A stretch of DNA of 64,000 bases, from contig FR903078.1 of NCBI GenBank assembly GCA_000438195.1, positions 73,845 through 137,844 of the forward strand, given 5' to 3'. Position numbers and translations under genes: made by a program. The notes beneath the pieces are model-generated. The model ran no database searches, was not told the DNA's origin, and worked only from the letters and a program-made list of their open reading frames with translations. Below are positions 19,176 through 26,039 of this stretch, in pieces; position 1 is the first letter of the stretch, and each line of letters starts with the position of its first letter. Source of the stretch: Mycoplasma sp. CAG:776. Its GTDB lineage: Bacteria; Bacillota_I; Bacilli_A; RF39; UBA660.

Positions 19176-20256
19176 TGTTATTTGGTTCTATTTTGGGAAT
19201 CGAAGTTACTCCACCAAAAAAACTATTACCTGATTCTATGCTTGCAGTATTGGTAGGAATGACGATTTTACTAGGATCTGGTATGTCTGGTAGTTTTTCT
19301 TCATTATTTACAACCGGTTTTTGCTCTTCTACTGGTGGTGCTTCAACAATTTTAAATTTTTGATTATAGTAATTTATTACTTCTTTTAAGTTAGGAATAG
19401 AAGTCCTACCTCCCATTTTACCAACTGAAAGCCCAGCAGTAATATTAGAATATGTAATTGCTTTTTCCAAATCAAATCCATTTGCTAAGCAATAAACAAA
19501 AGCACCATGGAAAATATCTCCAGCACAACTCGGATCTACTACTTTTGTTTTTATTCCAGGCATAATTTTTATTTCTCCATTATAGGAATACATCGCTCCC
19601 ATATTTTCTAATGTTATAACAATATTATTATTAGGATAACGATCTTTTAATTTTTTATATACTTGAACTAATGTTGCAGAATTGTTATAGTCTATTTTTA
19701 AGCCGCTTACTGTTTCAGCAAATCCTTTAGAACAGACAATATATTTTACATATTTACATAATTCTAATAAATCCCGATCCACTCTTCCTGCATCTAAAAC
19801 ACTAATTGCTTTAGGAAATCTATTTAAAGCATTGATAGTTGCACTATATTCTTTGCCATCAGTAAATATAACATCTGGAGATAAGGTGTATTCATATTTT
19901 TTTAATTGTGGTTGAGTGGCACTTACAATATCAAACCGTGTTCTTGTCCCATTTTTTTTATTTACTAAGATAACAGATACTGGTGTTCCTATTTCATAAG
20001 AATTTTCCATTAGTTCTGTTTTGACCATAGCTTGCTCTAGTTCTTTCCTAATTTGCGAACCATAATCATCCGAACCTACTACCCCAGCAAAATAAGAGGT
20101 TTCTCCCCATTTTCCAAGTAAATAAGCTACATTAGCTGCTGTTCCGCCACCAGATTCAATTTTTTCGTTTAATAAATATTTTGTTCCTTCTATTGGATAT
20201 TCTTCTACAGGGCAAGTAATGTCATAACTCGTTCTACCTATGCTTAGTATTGTCAT
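19159..20256 (-). CDS. PfkB-family carbohydrate kinase with a roughly 60-aa Pro/Asn-rich C-terminal tail
   Basis: 365 aa; GGGTAANVA and DPSCAGDIFHGAF (PfkB signature 2). The tail is ...VEAPPVEEQKPVVNNEEKLPDIPDPSKIV.... Confidence 0.85.
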   Translation of the reverse strand: MTILSIGRTSYDITCPVEEYPIEGTKYLLNEKIESGGGTAANVAYLLGKWGETSYFAGVVGSDDYGSQIRKELEQAMVKTELMENSYEIGTPVSVILVNKKNGTRTRFDIVSATQPQLKKYEYTLSPDVIFTDGKEYSATINALNRFPKAISVLDAGRVDRDLLELCKYVKYIVCSKGFAETVSGLKIDYNNSATLVQVYKKLKDRYPNNNIVITLENMGAMYSYNGEIKIMPGIKTKVVDPSCAGDIFHGAFVYCLANGFDLEKAITYSNITAGLSVGKMGGRTSIPNLKEVINYYNQKFKIVEAPPVEEQKPVVNNEEKLPDIPDPSKIVIPTNTASIESGNSFFGGVTSIPKIEPNNNGNVQ

Positions 20257-20312
20257 CTAATCCACCTCTTCTATAATATTTATCATACCATATTTTTAAT
20301 TAAAAATAAAGA

Positions 20313-22064
20313 CTATTCTAAGATAGCCTTTATTCTTCTAACCCCAGCACTGCTTGCTTCTTCTTTCGTAATTTTAAAGTGTCCTAATACATTCGTGTGT
20401 GAAACATGAGGACCTCCACATATTTCTTTAGAAACATTACCAATTTTATATACGTTTACAATATCAGCATATTTTTCAATAAACATTGCTTCTGCTCCAC
20501 TTTTTATCGCTTCTTCTTTGCTCATTGTTTCCATAGTGACTGGTAAATCTTCTTTAATCCAATTGTTTACTAATTGTTCTACTTTTTCTTTTTCTTCTTC
20601 TGTTAACTTATGATCGCAAGAAAAATCAAAACGCATTCTCTCTTCATTGATATTGCTTCCTTTTTGATGAACATCTTGGCCAATTACTGTTTTTAAGGCT
20701 GCATTTAATAAATGAGTCGCTGTATGATATTTTGTTTCGATCTCACTATGTCCCATTAATCCACCTTTAAATTTTCCTTTAGAGGCCGTACGTGAAAGCT
20801 CTTGATGAGCTTGAAATTTTTCTTGGAACCCTTTTATATCAACTTTTAAATTTTTTTCTTTTGCCATTTCTTCGGTTAATTCGATTGGAAAACCATATGT
20901 ATCATATAATTTAAAAGCGTTATCTTTATCGATTATATCTCCATTTAGATGGTTTAACAGTTTATCAAATTCTCTTAATCCTTTTTCTAATGTACGATTA
21001 AATTTTATATTTTCATTTTTTAATACTTCTAAAACCATATTTTTATTTTCTTTTATTTCAGGATAATAGCTTTCATATTTTTTTAATACTTCTAAAGCAA
21101 TAGGCTCCATCCAGTTTTCAAGTGTATTAATTCCTAAATTTTTAGCATGACGAATGGCTCTTCTAATTAATCTTCTTAAAATATAACCCTGATCTGTATT
21201 ACTTGGTTTAATCCCTGCACGGTCAGCACTAATAAAGACACTGGTACGAATATGATCAGCAATAATTCGCATACTTTTTTCATTTCCTTCATATGGCTTA
21301 CCACTAATTTTTTCTATTGAAGATATAATCTCTTTCCAAATAGAAGTTTTATAGTTATCATTTACCCCTTCTAAAACCGCTACTACTCTTTCTAAGCCCA
21401 TTCCTGTGTCAACATTTTTTTGCGATAATTCAGTAATTTTTCCGTTTTCATCTTTATGAAACTCCATAAAGACATTATTCCATATTTCTACCCAACGATC
21501 ATCTTTCGGATCAAATACTTTAGGAATCTCATCTTCGCTTCGAAAATAAAAAATTTCTGTATCTCCTCCGCACGGACCAGCCTCTCCAGCGATCCAAAAA
21601 TTATCTTCTTCTCCTAAATATGCTATTCTTTCTTCTTTAATTCCTAGACTCTTCCATATTTCAGCCGATACTTCGTCTCTTGGAATATCATTATTTCCTT
21701 TAAATACAGTAACAGCTAAACGTTCTTTAGGAATATTTAATACATTAGTTAAAAAATCAAAACTGTATTCAATACTTTCTTTTTTAAAGTAATCTCCTAG
21801 GCTCCAATTTCCAAGCATTTCGAAAAAAGTATGGTGAGTTTTATCACCTATTTCATCTAAATCAGTTAAACGTACACACTTTTGGGCATCACATAATCTA
21901 TTCCCTTGGGGATGTTTTTCTCCTAATAAATAAGGAATTAAAGGTTGCATGCCTGCAGTATTAAATAACACGGTTGGATCGTTTTCCGGAATTAATGGAG
22001 CACTAGGAATTTCCACATGGTTATGTTCAACAAAATATTCTATAAATTTATCTTTTAAGTTCAT
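20313..22064 (-). CDS. alaS: Alanyl-tRNA synthetase, short form lacking the C-Ala domain
   Basis: 583 aa; class II AlaRS N-terminus (DPTVLFNTAGMQP, FFEMLGNWSLGDYFK) and editing-domain motifs HTATHLL and CGGPHV. The protein ends soon after the editing domain. Confidence 0.9.
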   Translation of the reverse strand: MNLKDKFIEYFVEHNHVEIPSAPLIPENDPTVLFNTAGMQPLIPYLLGEKHPQGNRLCDAQKCVRLTDLDEIGDKTHHTFFEMLGNWSLGDYFKKESIEYSFDFLTNVLNIPKERLAVTVFKGNNDIPRDEVSAEIWKSLGIKEERIAYLGEEDNFWIAGEAGPCGGDTEIFYFRSEDEIPKVFDPKDDRWVEIWNNVFMEFHKDENGKITELSQKNVDTGMGLERVVAVLEGVNDNYKTSIWKEIISSIEKISGKPYEGNEKSMRIIADHIRTSVFISADRAGIKPSNTDQGYILRRLIRRAIRHAKNLGINTLENWMEPIALEVLKKYESYYPEIKENKNMVLEVLKNENIKFNRTLEKGLREFDKLLNHLNGDIIDKDNAFKLYDTYGFPIELTEEMAKEKNLKVDIKGFQEKFQAHQELSRTASKGKFKGGLMGHSEIETKYHTATHLLNAALKTVIGQDVHQKGSNINEERMRFDFSCDHKLTEEEKEKVEQLVNNWIKEDLPVTMETMSKEEAIKSGAEAMFIEKYADIVNVYKIGNVSKEICGGPHVSHTNVLGHFKITKEEASSAGVRRIKAILE

Positions 22065-22591
22065 TTTTCTACTCCTTCTATAAAGCTAATTACACGATTA
22101 TCTAATATTTCAATATTATCATTTACAATTGTTATGTCAAAATTACTATAGTTTTCTAGAGCTGTTTCTGTAATGTGCATTTGTTCTTCTAGTGATAATT
22201 TACTAGGTTCAAATTGATTGATAATATACATTGAATAAACATTATTAAAAGCCTTTTTTAGTTCATCAATTTCAATAGGCAATCTTACATCATCTATTAT
22301 TACAACATCACGATATAAAGAATAGATTTTAATATCTTCAATCATTCTATTTACAAAAAATAATGGCATATCCATATTTTCTTTGATCGTAACGCCTAAA
22401 TCTTGCAAAAATTTTCGAGGTTTTGGCTCGCTACCATCCCAGCCAATTAGTTCTTTCGCATATATTTTTATATATTTACTAAAGCTTGTTATAATTGGTT
22501 TTTGATTTAAGGACAAGTAATATTCTTTTATAATCTTTGCTACTTCTCCTTTACCAGAACCAGATTTTCCCGCTACTAAATATATTTTCAT
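22061..22591 (-). CDS. P-loop NTPase, dNMP-kinase-like
   Basis: 176 aa; Walker A GKSGSGKG. Overlaps the alaS start by 4 nt. Confidence 0.6.
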   Translation of the reverse strand: MKIYLVAGKSGSGKGEVAKIIKEYYLSLNQKPIITSFSKYIKIYAKELIGWDGSEPKPRKFLQDLGVTIKENMDMPLFFVNRMIEDIKIYSLYRDVVIIDDVRLPIEIDELKKAFNNVYSMYIINQFEPSKLSLEEQMHITETALENYSNFDITIVNDNIEILDNRVISFIEGVEK

Positions 22592-22667
22592 TTTATCACC
22601 ACACAGTGATTTAATTATACCATTATTTTATTTAAAAAAAAAGTGTGCTTTTATTATTTGAAAAATT

Positions 22668-22705
22668 CCTAATAAAAAACTCATTTCTTTAAATAAAATG
22701 AGTTT
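22668..22705 (-). terminator. Rho-independent terminator after rplT
   Basis: Stem AAACTCATTT/AAATGAGTTT followed by a U-run on the minus-strand transcript. Confidence 0.7.
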
Positions 22706-22709
22706 CTTT

Positions 22710-23258
22710 TTAATTTAAACTAGCAATTAGTTCATCTTTTTTCATTGCAGAGTAACCTTTAACTCCTTGTTCTTTAGCAATAGCTTTAAGTTCGGTTAAA
22801 GTCATTTTGCTGTAGTCTTTTTCTTCTTTTACTAATTTGCTTGCTTCAGCTTTAACTTCTTTTTTGGGTTCTTCTAATTTTTTAGTTTTAGCAGGTACTT
22901 TACCATTTAAGGCTTCCTTAGAAATTTTAACTAATTCAGCGAAAGCACTAGGATTATCAATAGCCATTTCACTTAACATCTTACGATTGATTTCAATTCC
23001 AGCCTTAGCTAATCCATCCATAAATTTAGAGTAACTAATTTCGTTTTCACGACAAGCTGCATTAATTCTTGTAATCCATAATTTTCTAAAATTACGTTTA
23101 TTTTGTTTTCTGTCTCTAAATGCATAAACTCCACTATGGAATACTTGTTCTTGTGCTGTTTTATATAATCTATGTTTGCTTCCAAAATATCCTTTAGCTT
23201 CTTTTAATACTTTTCTTCTTCTTGTTTTGGAAACACTTCCACCTTTAACTCTTGTCAT
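22710..23258 (-). CDS. rplT: 50S ribosomal protein L20 with a roughly 64-aa C-terminal extension
   Basis: The N-terminal ~118 aa are canonical L20 ([24 protein letters not shown]...). An extra Lys/Glu-rich linker follows, ending in [31 protein letters not shown]. Confidence 0.95.
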   Translation of the reverse strand: MTRVKGGSVSKTRRRKVLKEAKGYFGSKHRLYKTAQEQVFHSGVYAFRDRKQNKRNFRKLWITRINAACRENEISYSKFMDGLAKAGIEINRKMLSEMAIDNPSAFAELVKISKEALNGKVPAKTKKLEEPKKEVKAEASKLVKEEKDYSKMTLTELKAIAKEQGVKGYSAMKKDELIASLN

Positions 23259-23270
23259 TTTCTAACCTCC

Positions 23271-23465
23271 TTAGATAACAGATTTTAATCTGCTAGCTTC
23301 TCCTTTTCCTAAAATACCTTTATTTCTTCTTTGACGTACTTGTTTTGCTGAATCTTTGTTTGTCTTATGATTTCCGTTTGATTTTTTGTAAGTTAAAGTA
23401 CCATTCTTTTTCTTTGTTAAAACTTTGCTACTTGCTTTATGTGTTTTTTGTTTGCACTTTGCCAT
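23271..23465 (-). CDS. rpmI: 50S ribosomal protein L35
   Basis: 64 aa, highly basic, located between infC and rplT. Confidence 0.9.
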   Translation of the reverse strand: MAKCKQKTHKASSKVLTKKKNGTLTYKKSNGNHKTNKDSAKQVRQRRNKGILGKGEASRLKSVI

Positions 23466-23482
23466 AATAAATCCTCCTACTA

Positions 23483-23998
23483 TTATTTTTTTGGTGCTAA
23501 TAGCATAAACATTTGTCTACCATCTAATTTAGGCTCAGCCTCAATGCTTGAAACCTCACTTAAACTATCCGCAAATCTTAGTAAAACATCGCGTCCTAAT
23601 TCTGGTCTAGCCATTTGACGGCCTTTAAAACGAATAAATGCTTTAATTCGATGCCCTTTTATCAAGTACTCCTTCGCATTTCTAACACGAGTTTCAAAAT
23701 CATGAATATCAATCGTTGTCGATAAGCGATATTCTTTTAATTCTTTATTTGTTTCTCTTTGTTTCTTTTGCGCTTCTTTTAATTTTTTTTGACGTTCATA
23801 ACGGTATTTGTTGTAGTCCATAATTTTTCCTACAGCTACTTTACCATTATCATTCATTAAAACTAAATCTAAGCCTGCATATCTAGATAAAGTTAAAGCA
23901 TCCTCTATTTTTTTTAGCCCCATTTGCTCTCCATTAGGGCCAATTACCATTAGTTCTTCTACTTTGATTTGCTCATTAATTGGTAACTCTTTATTCAC
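23483..23998 (-). CDS. infC: Translation initiation factor IF-3
   Basis: 171 aa; INEQIKVEELMVIGPNGEQMG and the C-terminal domain. The track start is GTG at 23998; an in-frame ATA at 24007 has better RBS spacing. Confidence 0.9.
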   Translation of the reverse strand: MNKELPINEQIKVEELMVIGPNGEQMGLKKIEDALTLSRYAGLDLVLMNDNGKVAVGKIMDYNKYRYERQKKLKEAQKKQRETNKELKEYRLSTTIDIHDFETRVRNAKEYLIKGHRIKAFIRFKGRQMARPELGRDVLLRFADSLSEVSSIEAEPKLDGRQMFMLLAPKK

Positions 23999-24029
23999 AC
24001 TTGCTATACTTACGCACCTCCATATAATT

Positions 24030-24187
24030 AAAAAGATAGAATAAATTATATTCTACCTTAAAAAACACATTAATAATCTTCACTATTATGGCTTTTTACC
24101 TATGAATATTCTTCATCAGGTGGAATATAATTCACTTTCCTCTTTCAATTTCTATATTATTATATCTTTATTATATTCATTTGTCAA
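24030..24187 (-). promoter_or_regulatory. infC operon promoter plus leader with attenuator hairpin (candidate L20 leader)
   Basis: TTGACA (24182-24187), a 17-nt spacer, then TATAAT (24159-24164). The leader contains the hairpin TAGAATA-TAATT-TATTCTA followed by a U-run (24035-24057) ahead of the infC RBS. Confidence 0.5.
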
Positions 24188-24226
24188 GAAAAAATGTTAT
24201 TTTTGCTTTTCCTTAAATGAAAAAGA

Positions 24227-24661
24227 CTAACTTAGCCTTTCTTTTACCATTTTACTAACCAAAGACATATCTGCATTGGTAATTCTAGTATTTAGTTCTT
24301 TCATAATTAATCCCATATCCTTCATACTAGTAGGATTTATTTCTTTAAATACTTGATCAATTATTTTACTAATTTCATCTGCTGTCATCTCTTCAGGTAA
24401 ATAAACACTTAAGATTTCTATCTCTTGTTCTAGTTTGGCAATTTCTTCATTTTTATTATACTTTGCAAACTCACTAATAGAATCCTTTCTTGTTTTTACT
24501 TGTTTTTTTATTACACTCATTACTTCATCATCATTAAGTTCATGCTTTTTACTTATAGAGTCTAATTGTAAAGCACTTTTTAGCATTCTTAAAACTGATA
24601 GTTTAAATTTATCACCATTTTTCATAGCCGTTTTTAAATCTTCAGCAATTTTACTATTCAT
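24227..24661 (-). CDS. GatB/YqeY-domain protein
   Basis: 144 aa; IAEDLKTAMKNGDKFKLSVLRMLKSAL is the typical YqeY N-terminus. Located downstream of rpsU, as in many Bacillota. Confidence 0.8.
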   Translation of the reverse strand: MNSKIAEDLKTAMKNGDKFKLSVLRMLKSALQLDSISKKHELNDDEVMSVIKKQVKTRKDSISEFAKYNKNEEIAKLEQEIEILSVYLPEEMTADEISKIIDQVFKEINPTSMKDMGLIMKELNTRITNADMSLVSKMVKERLS

Positions 24662-24670
24662 ATGATCACC

Positions 24671-24856
24671 TTAATAATTTCTATGCTTTCTTGCATTTTT
24701 AATTTGTTCTTTTTTTTCATTTCTTCTACGAACGCCTGGTTTTTCATAATGCTTTCTTTTCTTTAACTCTGAAGGGACACCGCTGCGGGCAACTTTTGTT
24801 TTAAATTTCTTTAATGCGCCATCAACATCTCCATTTTTAACTACTACTTTTGTCAT
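24671..24856 (-). CDS. rpsU: 30S ribosomal protein S21
   Basis: 61 aa; VVVKNGDVDGALKKFK...KHYEKPGVRRRNEKKE. Confidence 0.9.
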   Translation of the reverse strand: MTKVVVKNGDVDGALKKFKTKVARSGVPSELKKRKHYEKPGVRRRNEKKEQIKNARKHRNY

Positions 24857-24929
24857 TTACAAATCCCTCCCTTCATTTACTACAAATGATTATATCACCA
24901 AAGAACATGATAAGCAAGTTTTTTAGGCA

Positions 24930-25139
24930 CTAATTCACATTATTTTCTTCAATTTCTGGTATTATTTCTTCTCTTATTTCTAATTTTTGCTCTTTTAAAT
25001 CTTCTTTAATATCATTTTTTAAAATATTTAGAAAATTATTTTTATAATTATTAACTAATAACACTGTTAACATCATTAAAATAAAGATTAAAAATAAAGA
25101 ATAAACCATATAAGTAGCCATAAAACCTTTTTTATTCAT
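24930..25139 (-). CDS. Small single-pass membrane protein with an acidic C-terminal tail
   Basis: 69 aa; N-terminus MNKKGFMATYMVYSLFLIFILMML. It has its own extended -10 (TGaTATAAT) and RBS GGTGA just after the bacteriocin-operon terminator. Confidence 0.55.
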   Translation of the reverse strand: MNKKGFMATYMVYSLFLIFILMMLTVLLVNNYKNNFLNILKNDIKEDLKEQKLEIREEIIPEIEENNVN

Positions 25140-25166
25140 ATTATCACCATATGTTTTTATTATATC

Positions 25167-25196
25167 AAAAAAGGGTTCTAAGAAAAACCCTTTTTT
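25167..25196 (-). terminator. Rho-independent terminator ending the bacteriocin operon
   Basis: AAAAAAGGGTT-loop-AACCCTTTTTT perfect hairpin flanked by T/A runs. Confidence 0.8.
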
Positions 25197-25198
25197 AT

Positions 25199-25342
25199 TT
25201 ATTTTATTAAACGTTGGAGAGAGTATCCGATCATTTTACCTATTTCAATTGCTAAATCTAGTAATCTAGCAAAAGCATTAATTAGCGTTCCATTTATTGC
25301 TCCTCCATAAATTTTAATTAATTCATGATCATTTATTTTCAT
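25199..25342 (-). CDS. Double-glycine-leader bacteriocin precursor peptide 3 (47 aa)
   Basis: Hand translation gives MKINDHELIKIYGG|AINGTLINAFARLLDLAIEIGKMIGYSLQRLIK. RBS AAGGAG lies upstream. The leader matches the consensus at I-12, E-8, L-7, I-4, G-2, G-1. Confidence 0.8.
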   Translation of the reverse strand: MKINDHELIKIYGGAINGTLINAFARLLDLAIEIGKMIGYSLQRLIK

Positions 25343-25343
25343 A

Positions 25344-25481
25344 TTAGTTCTCCTTCGGATAAAAATATCCATAAATAACAGAGGCTATAAAGGTAATAGC
25401 AATAGCTATCCCTCCCAGTATTCCGGCAGCTGAAATTCCGCCATTTATATTATGTAGTTCATAATCATTCAAATGTTTCAT
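25344..25481 (-). CDS. Double-glycine-leader bacteriocin precursor peptide 2 (45 aa)
   Basis: Hand translation gives MKHLNDYELHNINGG|ISAAGILGGIAIAITFIASVIYGYFYPKEN. RBS AAGAGG lies upstream. The leader has L-12, E-8, L-7, I-4, GG. The mature part has GxxxG-type motifs. Confidence 0.85.
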   Translation of the reverse strand: MKHLNDYELHNINGGISAAGILGGIAIAITFIASVIYGYFYPKEN

Positions 25482-25482
25482 T

Positions 25483-25614
25483 TTAACCTCTTAAATTCTT
25501 TAACGAGCAAATGGCTTTTACTAACGAAATTACACTAGATATTAAGTTAGTAACAACACTAAAAAGGCCTCCTCCACTACAGTTTATCAATTCTTTATTT
25601 TCCATTCTTTTCAT
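25483..25614 (-). CDS. Double-glycine-leader bacteriocin/pheromone precursor peptide 1 (43 aa)
   Basis: Hand translation gives MKRMENKELINCSGG|GLFSVVTNLISSVISLVKAICSLKNLRG. A strong RBS (GAGGAGG) starts right after the accessory-gene stop. Confidence 0.8.
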   Translation of the reverse strand: MKRMENKELINCSGGGLFSVVTNLISSVISLVKAICSLKNLRG

Positions 25615-25628
25615 AAGTTCCTCCTCTT

Positions 25629-26039
25629 TTAAAACATTTTATTCTTTATTTTTGTTATAATTCTTTGTTTATTATAATAAAAATTTAAATCTACTATTTC
25701 ATTATTATTTAAATTATTAGAAGTAGATAATACCATTTCATAATATGTTGTATAATTTTGCTCATTTGCTTTTAATTCTTTTTTTATGATTTCATATTTT
25801 AAATTTTTATTATTGATTGTAATTAAAGAAAAATCTAAGTTGGTTGGTATAGCGGTAGTAATTGTACAAATATTGGTACAGCTAACAATTCCTTTAGCTT
25901 GATAGTGATCATAGACTTCTACTTTATTCATATAAGATACTAGAGTCAATAGAATTACAATAATAAAAATGACTATTAAAAATCCCAGTTTTGGTTTTAT
26001 TTTTAAGAATGCTATTTTATTATTAAAAATATCTAACAT
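25629..26039 (-). CDS. Membrane-anchored accessory protein of the bacteriocin exporter (very short, HlyD/LcnD position)
   Basis: 136 aa; one N-terminal TM (LGFLIVIFIIVILLTLVSY) then a predicted beta-rich domain. Overlaps the ABC gene by 7 nt. Confidence 0.6.
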   Translation of the reverse strand: MLDIFNNKIAFLKIKPKLGFLIVIFIIVILLTLVSYMNKVEVYDHYQAKGIVSCTNICTITTAIPTNLDFSLITINNKNLKYEIIKKELKANEQNYTTYYEMVLSTSNNLNNNEIVDLNFYYNKQRIITKIKNKMF

